A model generated the notes under the pieces. That model saw only the letters and a list, made by a program, of their open reading frames with translations. It ran no database searches and was not told the origin of the DNA. 42,273 nucleotides of DNA, from assembly GCA_947631515.1 (NCBI GenBank), contig CANRLP010000002.1, positions 1 through 42,273 of the forward strand. Reading direction: 5' to 3'. This stretch comes from an uncultured Bacilli bacterium. Lineage in GTDB: Bacteria > Bacillota_I > Bacilli_A > RF39 > UBA660. Positions 31,490 through 40,768 of this stretch are shown in pieces. The first letter of the stretch is position 1, and each line of letters begins with the position of its first letter. The position numbers and the translations under genes are program-made.

Positions 31490-32566
31490 ATGGAATATCT
31501 AATCATTGGTTTATTAATTATAGCTATTATAATAGAAGTTATCTTATTATTAAAAAAGAAAGATTCTAGTGATATAACAGAACGTTTAGGGCGTTTTGAA
31601 ACTAATATCACTAAAGAAATAGGGGAATTCAAACTAGGTTTTACTAATCACTTACATGAAGATTTTAATAAATTAAATGAACAAATTGTTAATAGATTAA
31701 ATTATATAAATGATAAAGTTAATGCAAGACTTGAGGATAATTTTCAAAAATCTAATAAAACATTTAATAATATTTTAGAAAGATTATCAAAAATTGATGA
31801 AGCACAAAAGAAAATAGATGGCTTATCTACTGAAATAGTTTCTTTGCAAAGTGTTTTAACGGATAAAAAAACTAGAGGTATTTTTGGCGAAGTTAATTTA
31901 AATTATATATTAACTAGTATTTTTGGGGAAAATGCCAAAGGAATTTATGAAATTCAGCATAAACTTAGCAATGGTTTTATCGCTGATGCTATTTTGTATG
32001 CTCCATCACCTTTAGGAACAATTTGTATTGATTCTAAATTTCCCTTAGAAAATTATCAAAGAATGACCGATAAAACTTTATCTAAAGAAGAACGCGATTT
32101 AGCTTTAAAACAATTTAAATTAGATGTTAAAAAACATATTAATGCTATTAGTAGTAAGTATATTTTACCGGGCGAAACAGCCGGTGAAGCTATAATGTTT
32201 TTACCAGCCGAAGCTATTTTTGCAGAAATAAATGCCTATCACTCTGATTTAATAGAAGAAGCTTATAATAAGAAGGTGTGGATAACTAGTCCTACAACTT
32301 TAATGAGTACGTTAACCACGATTAGTATGATTTTGAAAAATATTGAAAGAGATAAATACGCCAAAGTTATTCATGATGAATTAAATAAATTATCTTTTGA
32401 ATTTGATCGTTATCGGGAACGTTGGGATAAATTATCACGCAGTATTGATACAGTTTCTAAAGATGTTCGAGATATTAATATAACTACAGAAAAAATTACC
32501 AAAAGATTTAATTCTATTAATAGTGTCGATATGAAAGAAATCGAAAATAAAGAGGAAAATGAGTAA
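31490..32566 (+). CDS. rmuC: DNA recombination protein RmuC
   Basis: AAAGGAG RBS. N-terminal TM, long coiled coil, then the RmuC nuclease-like core (KTRGIFGEVNLNYIL...ADAILYAP...ICIDSKFPLENY...MFLPAEAIF). Confidence 0.8.
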   Translation: MEYLIIGLLIIAIIIEVILLLKKKDSSDITERLGRFETNITKEIGEFKLGFTNHLHEDFNKLNEQIVNRLNYINDKVNARLEDNFQKSNKTFNNILERLSKIDEAQKKIDGLSTEIVSLQSVLTDKKTRGIFGEVNLNYILTSIFGENAKGIYEIQHKLSNGFIADAILYAPSPLGTICIDSKFPLENYQRMTDKTLSKEERDLALKQFKLDVKKHINAISSKYILPGETAGEAIMFLPAEAIFAEINAYHSDLIEEAYNKKVWITSPTTLMSTLTTISMILKNIERDKYAKVIHDELNKLSFEFDRYRERWDKLSRSIDTVSKDVRDINITTEKITKRFNSINSVDMKEIENKEENE

Positions 32567-32588
32567 ACAAATAAGTTACTCTTTTTTT
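32561..32588 (+). terminator. Rho-independent terminator after rmuC
   Basis: GAGTAA (32561-32566), 9-nt loop, TTACTC (32576-32581), T7 (32582-32588). Confidence 0.55.
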
Positions 32589-32597
32589 AAATTATTC

Positions 32598-32626
32598 TTG
32601 AGTTTTAGCGCTGTTTTATATATAAT
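32598..32626 (+). promoter_or_regulatory. Sigma-A-type promoter for ftsA-ftsZ
   Basis: TTGAGT (32598-32603), 17-nt spacer, TATAAT (32621-32626), 28 nt upstream of the ftsA ATG. Confidence 0.5.
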
Positions 32627-32654
32627 AATGATAGAAATAAAATAGGAGTGCTAT

Positions 32655-33899
32655 ATGAGAAAGATAATTGCCGGATTGGATATTGGATCCTGTTCTCTAA
32701 AATTAATCGTTGCTGAAATTATAAAGTCTAAAACTAATATTTTGGCTGTTGCTGAATCTTCTTCAAAAGGGATAAAAAATGGCTTAATTATTAATAAAGA
32801 AGAATTTTTTATAGCACTTAAAGAAGTTTTAAAAAAAGCCGAAGATATGTTAGGCTTAAAAATTCGGAAAATAAGTGTTACTGTGCCTAGTTATAATACG
32901 GAATTTATGATGGGGGAAGGCATAACAACGATTACCAATGAGGAAAAAATTATTCATGGGGTCGATATTGTTAGAGCTATGCAATCTTCGGTTTATAACC
33001 GTGTTCCTAAAGAAATGGAAATAGTTGGCATAACTCCTACTAGTTTTCGCATAGATGAAGAGGAACCTATTAAAAATCCTTTAAATTGTTCAGGAAATAA
33101 ACTATATGTTAAAACGGTTGTATCTTTAATACCTAAGAAAAATGTGCGAGTTTTATTAGATTGCTTAGAAAAAATAGGGGTGGAGGTAATTGATATTGCT
33201 CATACTGCAGTTGGAGATTATTATGCTCTAAAAAATGATAAAATAAGTAATTTAGTTGGGGCCATTATTAATATCGGAGAAGGTTCAACGACTATATCTA
33301 TCTTCAATAAAGGAGTATTAACTAATACAAAATCTTTGGAAATGGGTGGACAAAATATCGATAATGATATATCATTTATATATAAGGTAACAAGCGAGCA
33401 AGCCAAAGCTATAGTTGATGAAATTGGTTTAGCTCATAAAAAACTGGCTTCGCCTAGTTCTAAAAAAAATGTTACCAATAAGTTAGGAGAAAAAATTTCT
33501 ATAAATCAATATGAATTAAGTGAAATCATTATGAGTCGTTTAGAAGAAATCTTAAATCTTGCTAAAAAGCAGATTAATCTCTTAACAAAAAAAGAAATTC
33601 ATTATATAATAGTAACGGGTGGCATAAGCGAAATGCCCGATTTCGAATTAACTTTAGAAAGTGTCTTTGGTAAAAATGCCAGAATAGCAAGAATACATGA
33701 ATTAGGAGTAAGAAATAATAAATATAGTTCATGTTTAGGGTTAATTAAGTACTATAATAGTAAATTAATGCTTCGTAATAAAGATTTTTCAATCTTTAGT
33801 TTAGAAGAACAAGAAGAATTAAGTGGTAAACAAAGAAAGATAAATATATCGGATAATTCAATGTTAGGTAAATTATTTGGATATTTTTTTGATAATTAA
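32655..33899 (+). CDS. ftsA: Cell division protein FtsA
   Basis: Actin-fold N-terminus IAGLDIGSCSLKLIVAE, then later GGISEMP. Sits immediately upstream of ftsZ. Confidence 0.9.
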   Translation: MRKIIAGLDIGSCSLKLIVAEIIKSKTNILAVAESSSKGIKNGLIINKEEFFIALKEVLKKAEDMLGLKIRKISVTVPSYNTEFMMGEGITTITNEEKIIHGVDIVRAMQSSVYNRVPKEMEIVGITPTSFRIDEEEPIKNPLNCSGNKLYVKTVVSLIPKKNVRVLLDCLEKIGVEVIDIAHTAVGDYYALKNDKISNLVGAIINIGEGSTTISIFNKGVLTNTKSLEMGGQNIDNDISFIYKVTSEQAKAIVDEIGLAHKKLASPSSKKNVTNKLGEKISINQYELSEIIMSRLEEILNLAKKQINLLTKKEIHYIIVTGGISEMPDFELTLESVFGKNARIARIHELGVRNNKYSSCLGLIKYYNSKLMLRNKDFSIFSLEEQEELSGKQRKINISDNSMLGKLFGYFFDN

Positions 33900-33911
33900 G
33901 GAGAGTGTTTT

Positions 33912-34988
33912 ATGAACGGATTAAAATTAGATCCAATAGCTAAAATTAAAGTATTTGGTGCAGGTGGTGGCGGATGTAATGCTGTAAACCGAATGATTGA
34001 AGAAGGAGTTCAAGGCGTAGAGTTTTATGTAGTAAATACCGATTTACAAGTTTTAAATTCTTCAAAAGCTGAGAATAAGATTCAAATTGGGAAAAATATT
34101 ACAGGTGGCCGTGGAGCTGGTTCTAATCCCGAAGTAGGTAGAGAAGCAGCTTTAGAAAGTAAATCTGAAATCGAAGAAGCTGTTCAAGGTGCTGATATGG
34201 TTTTCATTGCTTGTGGACTTGGTGGTGGAACTGGTACAGGAGCTGCTCCTATTATTGCAGAAATAGCTCAAGAAGCTGGAGCTTTAACTGTAGGTATTGT
34301 AACTAAACCTTTCCGTTTTGAAGGAAAAAGAAGAATGGAACATGCTCTAGTTGGTTTAGAAGAATTAAAGAAACATGTTGATACTTTAATTATTATTCCA
34401 AATGATCGCTTAAGAGATATTATCGATAAAACAACTAGCTTCCAAGATGCTTTTAAAGAAGTAGATAATGTTCTTCATCGTGGAGTTCAATCAATATCTG
34501 ATTTAATTGCTGTAACCGGAGTTGTTAACTTAGACTTTGCTGATATTAAAACTGTTATGGAAAAAAGTGGAACAGCCTTAATAGGTATTGGTATGGGTGT
34601 TGGTGAGAATCGTGCTGTAGAAGCTGCTGAGCAAGCCGTATCAAGTGCTTTATTAGAAACGACAATTGAAGGAGCAACTGATGCTATTATTAATGTTACA
34701 GGTGGAGATTCCTTAACATTATGGGAAATTGAAGATGCAGTAGAAACTGTTAGAGAAGCAGCTAGTAGTGATATTAATATTATCTTTGGAGCTATTCAAA
34801 ATTCTAATTTAAATGACGAAGTTATTGTAACTGTAATTGCCACTGGTTTTGATGGTAAAGAAAATGAAGAACCAGAAAAAGAAATATATAACTCTGAAAA
34901 AACTTTACCAAAAAGAAGAATAGAGGAAGAAACTATCGACAATGAATATGATATTCCTCCTTTCTTAAGAAGCCATAACGATTATTAA
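33912..34988 (+). CDS. ftsZ: Cell division GTPase FtsZ
   Basis: Tubulin signature [11 protein letters not shown]-terminal [23 protein letters not shown], and the C-terminal peptide DIPPFLR. Confidence 0.97.
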   Translation: MNGLKLDPIAKIKVFGAGGGGCNAVNRMIEEGVQGVEFYVVNTDLQVLNSSKAENKIQIGKNITGGRGAGSNPEVGREAALESKSEIEEAVQGADMVFIACGLGGGTGTGAAPIIAEIAQEAGALTVGIVTKPFRFEGKRRMEHALVGLEELKKHVDTLIIIPNDRLRDIIDKTTSFQDAFKEVDNVLHRGVQSISDLIAVTGVVNLDFADIKTVMEKSGTALIGIGMGVGENRAVEAAEQAVSSALLETTIEGATDAIINVTGGDSLTLWEIEDAVETVREAASSDINIIFGAIQNSNLNDEVIVTVIATGFDGKENEEPEKEIYNSEKTLPKRRIEEETIDNEYDIPPFLRSHNDY

Positions 34989-35004
34989 AATTTAACTAAA
35001 AAAT

Positions 35005-35028
35005 GACATTTTATAATGTCTTTTTTTT
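35005..35028 (+). terminator. Hairpin terminator/attenuator between ftsZ and spoIIGA
   Basis: GACATT (35005-35010), loop TTAT, AATGTC (35015-35020), T8 (35021-35028). It lies inside the ORF-track N-terminal extension of spoIIGA. Confidence 0.55.
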
Positions 35029-35050
35029 ATATAATTTTTTTGGTGATAAA

Positions 35051-35836
35051 ATGAAAGTATATATAGATTTAATTTTTCTTTTAAACTATTACTTAGACTT
35101 TCTTTTGCTCTTAACCACTTCTATAACTTTAAAACGTCATGTTTCTTTAAAAAGAATTTCTTTAGGGGCATTTCTAGGTAGTTTTACCCTTATTTTCTTA
35201 TTTATTCCTTTTTCTAAATTTATGTTATTTCTGTTTAAAATTATAATCGCTTTAATAATGGTTATTGCAACCTTTAAATATATTGATATCAAATATACCA
35301 GTTCTAATTTACTATATTTTTTTATGATTAGTATTATTTTGGGAGGTTTTTTATACTACCTAAATATTGAATTTAGTTATACTCAAGTAGGTTTATTATT
35401 TGTAAAACATCACCTTAATATCAATGCTATTTTTTTAATATTAATATCTCCTATCATCTTATTAATTTATCTTAAACAACAAAAAAAAATCAAAAGTACT
35501 TATCAACTATCTTATCAAGTAAAAATTGTTTTGCAAAATCAAGAATATTTATTAAATGCTTTTTTAGATACTGGCAACCAATTAATTGATCCTATCACCA
35601 ATAAACCCATTATTTTACTAGAAAAAGGAATTTTACCAGAAGATAACTTACCATTTTACTATATTCCGTTTCATAGTTTAAATAATCAAAATTTACTTAA
35701 ATGTATAAAACCTCAATATATTGAAATTGAAAATAAAAAATTTAATTCATATTTAGTTGGTATAAGTGACAAAAAATTTAATTTTGAAGGTGTAACATGT
35801 ATTTTGAATAACAAATTATTGGAGGAATTATCATGA
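35051..35836 (+). CDS. spoIIGA: Sigma-E processing peptidase SpoIIGA
   Basis: The ATG at 35051 lies 4 nt after GGTGA, and the product begins MKVYIDLIFLLNYYLDFLLL as in SpoIIGA. Five TM helices and the catalytic aspartyl motif FLDTGNQLIDP. The stop overlaps the sigE start. Confidence 0.9.
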   Translation: MKVYIDLIFLLNYYLDFLLLLTTSITLKRHVSLKRISLGAFLGSFTLIFLFIPFSKFMLFLFKIIIALIMVIATFKYIDIKYTSSNLLYFFMISIILGGFLYYLNIEFSYTQVGLLFVKHHLNINAIFLILISPIILLIYLKQQKKIKSTYQLSYQVKIVLQNQEYLLNAFLDTGNQLIDPITNKPIILLEKGILPEDNLPFYYIPFHSLNNQNLLKCIKPQYIEIENKKFNSYLVGISDKKFNFEGVTCILNNKLLEELS

Positions 35837-36516
35837 TTAAAAAAATATTATTGTGGTTAAAGACTAAATATTCCCATTGTTTCTTTGTAGGTAGTACCGA
35901 TAAATTACCCCCACCTCTTAGTAAAGAAGAAGAACTTTCTTTGTTAATAAAATTTCAAAATGGGGATGAAAAAGCTCGCGATAAACTAATCGAACATAAT
36001 TTGCGGTTAGTGGTATTTTTAGCCAAAAAATATGAAAGTTCTGGTTATGATATTGAAGATTTAGTAAGTATTGGTTCTATTGGTTTAATAAAAGGGATAA
36101 ATACTTATAAAATAGATAAGAATATTAAATTAGCAACTTATGCTTCCCGGTGTATTGCTAATGAAATTTTGATGTTTTTGCGTAAAAATAAAAAAAGAAA
36201 GACGGAAATATCTTTTGAAGATGCTCTAAATTATGATGCTGAAGGTAATGAACTCCATCTAGAAGATATTTTAGGCACAGAAGAAGATATTGTTATTAAA
36301 GAATTTGAAAATTCGTTAGATAAAAAAATGTTAGCCGACGAAATCAATAAATTAGATCCGCGCGATAAACAAATTATGGTTTTAAGATATGGTTTAAATA
36401 ATACCGAAGAGTTTACCCAAAAAGAAGTAGCGGAAATTTTAGGAATTAGTCAGTCATATATTTCCCGAATTGAAAAAAAAGTAATTAAAAACTTAAAAAA
36501 CTTACTAAAAACTTAA
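35833..36516 (+). CDS. sigE: Sporulation sigma factor sigma-E (pro-sigma-E)
   Basis: GGAGG RBS. N-terminal pro-sequence followed by GSTDKLPPPLSKEEE. Region 2 LIEHNLRLVVFLAKKY and region 4 HTH EVAEILGISQSYISRIEKK. Position after spoIIGA. Confidence 0.92.
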   Translation: MIKKILLWLKTKYSHCFFVGSTDKLPPPLSKEEELSLLIKFQNGDEKARDKLIEHNLRLVVFLAKKYESSGYDIEDLVSIGSIGLIKGINTYKIDKNIKLATYASRCIANEILMFLRKNKKRKTEISFEDALNYDAEGNELHLEDILGTEEDIVIKEFENSLDKKMLADEINKLDPRDKQIMVLRYGLNNTEEFTQKEVAEILGISQSYISRIEKKVIKNLKNLLKT

Positions 36517-36525
36517 AATTTGTAT

Positions 36526-36571
36526 AAAAAAGCTCTTTTTAGAACAAAACAAGTTTGAAAGGAGCTTTTTT
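36526..36571 (+). promoter_or_regulatory. Inverted repeat able to sequester the sigG ribosome-binding site
   Basis: AAAAAAGCTC (36526-36535) pairs with GAGCTTTTTT (36562-36571) across a 26-nt loop. The right arm overlaps the sigG RBS AAAGGAG (36558-36564), and the ATG is at 36574. Confidence 0.45.
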
Positions 36572-36573
36572 TA

Positions 36574-37350
36574 ATGAGCAAATATAAAGTAGATATTACT
36601 AATTTAAATACTAATAATATAAAAGTTTTAAAACAAGAAGAAATGATTGAATTATTTAAAAGATACCAAAATGGGGATTTAAAAGCCAAAGATGAATTAA
36701 TTAATGGTAACTTAAAATTAGTTTTAAGTATTCTAAAACGGTTTAATAAAGATAAATATAATATGGATGATTTATTTCAAGTCGGAGTTATTGGTCTTAT
36801 AAAAGCTATTGATAATTTCGATTTGTCCTATAATTTAAAATTATCAACCTATGCTTGTCCTTTAATTATCGGCGAAGTAAAACGCTATATTCGCGATAAT
36901 AATTCTTTACGTGTCAGTCGAAGTATCAAAGATTTAGCTTATCAAATTTTAAAATATAAAGATGAATATCTAAAAACTAAAGGTTATGAACCTAAAAATG
37001 AAGAAGTTGCTGCCGCTTTAGGAATTGATGAATATCAAATTACTTTTGCTTTGGATAGTTTAAAAGAACCAATGAGTATATTTGAACCAATTTATAATGA
37101 TGGAGGAGATACCATTTATTTACTTGACCAAATTGCAGATAAAAAAGAATCTAATCAAGATAAAGATATGTTAATCTCTTTAAGAAAAGCTATGCAAAAA
37201 ATAAAAGAGAGAGAAAGAAATGTTTTAATTGAACGATTTATAATTGGTAAAACTCAAATGGAAATAGCAGATGCTTTAGGTATATCTCAAGCTCAAGTTT
37301 CGCGAATAGAAAAGAATGCTATTCAAAATGTTAAACGATTAATAAAGTAA
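36574..37350 (+). CDS. sigG: Sporulation sigma factor sigma-G
   Basis: Sigma-70 family, forespore type. LINGNLKLVLSILKRF, DDLFQVGVIGLIKAIDNFD, GEVKRYIRDN, and region 4 EIADALGISQAQVSRIEKNA. Canonical position after sigE. Confidence 0.9.
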   Translation: MSKYKVDITNLNTNNIKVLKQEEMIELFKRYQNGDLKAKDELINGNLKLVLSILKRFNKDKYNMDDLFQVGVIGLIKAIDNFDLSYNLKLSTYACPLIIGEVKRYIRDNNSLRVSRSIKDLAYQILKYKDEYLKTKGYEPKNEEVAAALGIDEYQITFALDSLKEPMSIFEPIYNDGGDTIYLLDQIADKKESNQDKDMLISLRKAMQKIKERERNVLIERFIIGKTQMEIADALGISQAQVSRIEKNAIQNVKRLIK

Positions 37351-37968
37351 AGTAATACGGCGATTTTCGGTTTTAATAAATCCTTCTTCGCGTAAGTTTT
37401 TTAATTCTCTACTCATAGCTGAGCGATCAACAGCTAAATAATCAGCTAATTCTGTATAAGTTAAAGTAAGATAAATAATTTTTGTTCCTGTTTTTTCTGA
37501 AATAATTTTAAAATATTCGAGTAATTTATCTCGGATTGTTTTTTTAGTTAAGATTTCAATATGATCATTTTTCTCAGCAATTTTTTGACTAGCAATTTCT
37601 AATAAGTTTTTAAAAAATTGATGAAAGTAAGGTAGTTTATGATATTCTTCTTCCATAATTTGATTATAATCAATAATTTTTATTTGGCTTTCTTCTTTAG
37701 TAATAACTTCATATTCTGTATTGTTTAAAGAAGAAAGGATTGTTCCAAAAACAGCATTTTCTCCTAACTCTTCAATAATCGTTGTATTGCCATTATAATC
37801 GGTTTGGATAATCTGCATATAGCCGTAGATGACATAACCAATAAAATTTTCATTTTTTATCGTATTTAAAACGCGGGTGTTTTTGGGTAGTGTAAAGGTA
37901 TGGGCTTCCAAAGTGTAAAGTAATTTGTCTTGATATTTTTTTTCGATATTGGTAAATAAAGGGTTCAT
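37339..37968 (-). CDS. Crp/Fnr-family transcriptional regulator (no cysteines)
   Basis: N-terminal cNMP-binding-like barrel and a C-terminal HTH (TYTELADYLAVDRSAMSRELKNLREEGFI). The 209-aa product contains no Cys, so it cannot be an Fe-S FNR. Its 3' end overlaps sigG convergently by 12 nt. Confidence 0.8.
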   Translation of the reverse strand: MNPLFTNIEKKYQDKLLYTLEAHTFTLPKNTRVLNTIKNENFIGYVIYGYMQIIQTDYNGNTTIIEELGENAVFGTILSSLNNTEYEVITKEESQIKIIDYNQIMEEEYHKLPYFHQFFKNLLEIASQKIAEKNDHIEILTKKTIRDKLLEYFKIISEKTGTKIIYLTLTYTELADYLAVDRSAMSRELKNLREEGFIKTENRRITLLY

Positions 37969-38007
37969 TTTACCACCTCTAAAATTATTTTAACAAAATT
38001 ATCAAAT

Positions 38008-38023
38008 TGTTGCAATTGCAACA
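38008..38023. promoter_or_regulatory. 16-bp perfect palindrome, candidate Crp/Fnr-family operator
   Basis: TGTTGCAATTGCAACA is its own reverse complement, with 5-N6-5 geometry like TGTGA-N6-TCACA. It lies in the divergent region between the Crp/Fnr gene and nrdD. A possible extended -10, TGcTAAGAT (38042-38050), would centre the site near -41.5. Confidence 0.5.
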
Positions 38024-38081
38024 TGAAGTCTAAAAAAAAGGTGCTAAGATTTTGCTAGAGTAAAGAAAGGTAGTAGAGTTT

Positions 38082-40247
38082 ATGAAGGTTATTAAAAGAG
38101 ACGGACATATGGTAGATTATTGTCCAGAAAAAATTGAATTAGCAATAGAAAAAGCTAATAAAGAAGTTGAGGAAGCTGATCAAGCAAGTAGTACTCAAAT
38201 TAAAAATATTATTAAATATATTGAAGGCTTAGGTAAAAAAAGAATTCTAGTAGAAGATATTCAAGATATCATTGAAATGAAATTAATGAGTATCGGTAAG
38301 TATGCTTTAGCTAAAAAATATATTACATATCGTTATACAAGAGAATTAGTACGTAAAAGTAATACAACTGACTTAGCTATTAAAGAATTAATTGATGGAG
38401 AAAGTGAATACTGGAATACTGAAAATTCTAATAAAAATGCTAAAATTATTACAGTTCAAAGAGACTATTTAGCCGGTATTACAAGTACAGATATTACCAG
38501 AAGATTTTTACTTCCTGAAGATATAGTTCAAGCTCATGATGATGGTATTATTCATTTCCATGATGCCGATTATTTTGCTCAAAATGCTATGCACAATTGT
38601 TGTTTAATGAATTTAGAGGATATGTTACAAAATGGTACTAATATTAATGGTATTATGATTGAAAAACCTCATAGATTTTTAACAGCAATGACAATAGCAA
38701 CTCAATTAATTACAGCAGTTAATTCTAGTCAATATGGCGGAGTAACAGTATCTCTTACCCATTTAGCTCCTTTTGTCAGATTAAGTTACAATCGTTTTTT
38801 AGATAAATATAAAAAAAGAAAATTTTCTAAAGAAGATTGTGAAAAATTTGCTAAAGAAGATTTAAAAAAGGAAATCACCGATGGTGTTCAAACATTCCAA
38901 TATCAAATTAATTCGATGACTACTACTAATGGTCAAGCTCCTTTCTTAAGTGTTTGTTTATATTTAGGAGAAACTGATGAATATAAAGAAGAACTTGCCA
39001 TGTTAATTGAAGAAGTCTTAAAACAAAGAATATTAGGAATGAAAAATGAAGCCGGTGTTTATATTACTCCAGCATTTCCAAAACTTTTATACGTATTAGA
39101 AGAAGACAATATTCGAAAAGGCAGTAAATATTGGTATTTAACAGAATTAGCTGCAGAATGTACAGCTAAACGTTTAGTGCCTGATTATATTTCTGAAAAA
39201 ATAATGAAACAATTAAAAATTGATAAAAACGGTGATGGTCAATGTTATCCATGTATGGGATGTCGTTCCTTTTTAACTCCTTATGTTGATGAAAATGGTA
39301 AACCTAAATATTATGGTAGATTTAATCAAGGAGTTGTAACTATCAATTTAGTAGATGTAGCTTTATCAAGTGATAAAGATATGGAAACTTTCTGGAATAT
39401 TATGGATGATAGATTAGAACTTTGCCATCGGGCTTTACAAATTCGTCATAAACGTTTAAGCAAAGCAACCAGTGATGTTGCCCCAATATTATGGCAATAT
39501 GGAGCACTTGCTCGTCTTAAAAAAGGTGAATCTATTCATGAATTACTACACCATGGTTATTCTACAATTTCTTTAGGATATGCTGGATTATATGAGTGTG
39601 TTAAATTTATGACTGGACACTCTCATACTGACAATGGTATAGGTAAAGAATTTGGTTTACAAGTTATGCAAAAATTAAATGATAAATGTAAAGAATGGAA
39701 AGAAGCCGAAGATATCGATTATTCTGTTTATGGAACACCTATTGAATCAACAACATATAAATTTGCTAAAGCCTTAAGAGAACGTTTTGGAGTTATTAAA
39801 GGAATTACAGATCGAGATTATATAACTAATTCTTATCATGTTCCCGTATTTGAAGAAATTGATGCTTTTACTAAATTAAAATTAGAAAGCGAATTTCAAA
39901 AACTTAGTCCTGGGGGAGCTATCTCTTATATTGAAACCCCTAATTTAACTAATAATATTGATGCTGTTATTGAAGTAATTCAATTTATTTATGATAATAT
40001 TATGTACGCTGAGTTAAATACTAAATCTGATTATTGCTTAGCTTGTGGTTATAATGGCGAAATTTTAGTAGATGAAAACTTAGAATGGTATTGTCCAAAT
40101 TGCGGCAACCGTGATCATGATAAATTAGATGTTACTCGTCGTACTTGTGGATATATTGGTAAAAATTTCTGGAATAAGGGAAGAACCCAAGAAATTAAAG
40201 AAAGAGTAATTCATATCGATAATAAAGACGATGAGGAAATGGCATGA
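38082..40247 (+). CDS. nrdD: Anaerobic (class III) ribonucleoside-triphosphate reductase NrdD
   Basis: N-terminal ATP-cone (MKVIKRDGHMVDY...), C-terminal Zn ribbon (CLACGYNGE...CPNCGN) and glycyl-radical motif RRTCGYIG. Confidence 0.95.
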   Translation: MKVIKRDGHMVDYCPEKIELAIEKANKEVEEADQASSTQIKNIIKYIEGLGKKRILVEDIQDIIEMKLMSIGKYALAKKYITYRYTRELVRKSNTTDLAIKELIDGESEYWNTENSNKNAKIITVQRDYLAGITSTDITRRFLLPEDIVQAHDDGIIHFHDADYFAQNAMHNCCLMNLEDMLQNGTNINGIMIEKPHRFLTAMTIATQLITAVNSSQYGGVTVSLTHLAPFVRLSYNRFLDKYKKRKFSKEDCEKFAKEDLKKEITDGVQTFQYQINSMTTTNGQAPFLSVCLYLGETDEYKEELAMLIEEVLKQRILGMKNEAGVYITPAFPKLLYVLEEDNIRKGSKYWYLTELAAECTAKRLVPDYISEKIMKQLKIDKNGDGQCYPCMGCRSFLTPYVDENGKPKYYGRFNQGVVTINLVDVALSSDKDMETFWNIMDDRLELCHRALQIRHKRLSKATSDVAPILWQYGALARLKKGESIHELLHHGYSTISLGYAGLYECVKFMTGHSHTDNGIGKEFGLQVMQKLNDKCKEWKEAEDIDYSVYGTPIESTTYKFAKALRERFGVIKGITDRDYITNSYHVPVFEEIDAFTKLKLESEFQKLSPGGAISYIETPNLTNNIDAVIEVIQFIYDNIMYAELNTKSDYCLACGYNGEILVDENLEWYCPNCGNRDHDKLDVTRRTCGYIGKNFWNKGRTQEIKERVIHIDNKDDEEMA

Positions 40248-40768
40248 GATACAACAAGATAAGAAAAATGGATATTTCTAATGGACCGGGGGTAAGAGTA
40301 TCCATTTTTATGCAAGGTTGTGCTTTTAATTGTAAAAATTGTTTTAATCCAGAGACTCATGACTTTTTAGGTGGTAAAGAGTTTACTGACGAAGTTATTG
40401 AACGAATTTTAAATTTATGTAGTTTAGATCATATTAAAGGTTTATCTATTTTAGGGGGCGAACCTATGCATCCCAAAAATATTGAAGCCACTACTAAATT
40501 AGCTAAAACTTTTAAAGATAAGTATCCCAATAAAACAATTTGGGTATGGTCAGGATATTTATTTGATGATTTAAAAAATAAGGAAGTTATGAATTATATA
40601 GATGTTTTAGTTGATGGTAGATTTGTTGATGAACTAAGAAATCCTAATTTGGCTTTCCGAGGAAGCAGTAATCAAAGAATTATTGATGTTGTGAGTAGTT
40701 TAAAAAATAAAAAAATAGTAGAATTAAATTTTGATAAAAAAATTCCAAAAGAGGTCGTAAAATGTTAA
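40244..40768 (+). CDS. nrdG: Anaerobic ribonucleotide reductase activating radical-SAM protein NrdG
   Basis: The ATG overlaps the nrdD stop (ATGA). Radical-SAM cluster motif CAFNCKNC within DISNGPGVRVSIFMQGC... Confidence 0.9.
   Translation: MRYNKIRKMDISNGPGVRVSIFMQGCAFNCKNCFNPETHDFLGGKEFTDEVIERILNLCSLDHIKGLSILGGEPMHPKNIEATTKLAKTFKDKYPNKTIWVWSGYLFDDLKNKEVMNYIDVLVDGRFVDELRNPNLAFRGSSNQRIIDVVSSLKNKKIVELNFDKKIPKEVVKC

Noticed and set aside
35003-35050. The 16-codon N-terminal extension of spoIIGA in the ORF track
   Set aside because: The extension runs through the ftsZ terminator hairpin and T tract and has no RBS, whereas ATG 35051 has GGTGA upstream and yields the canonical MKVYIDL... SpoIIGA N-terminus.
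36517-36573. A specific sigma-F/sigma-G promoter call for sigG (GTATA at 36522-36526 followed about 15 nt later by GAACAAAACA)
   Set aside because: The -35-like GTATA is suggestive, but the -10 region matches the forespore consensus poorly by eye. I cannot support exact coordinates without a matrix scan or 5'-end data.
37339-37350. The 12-nt convergent overlap of the sigG and Crp/Fnr-gene 3' ends as a regulatory feature
   Set aside because: Short convergent overlaps are common in compact genomes. No hairpin or other signal is visible, so there is nothing beyond the overlap itself.
38008-38023. NrdR box upstream of nrdD
   Set aside because: NrdR boxes usually occur as tandem pairs of an acaCwAtATaTwGtgt-like sequence. 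Only one palindrome is present and its sequence (TGTTGCAATTGCAACA) does not match. The Crp/Fnr-type reading fits the geometry and the neighbouring gene better.
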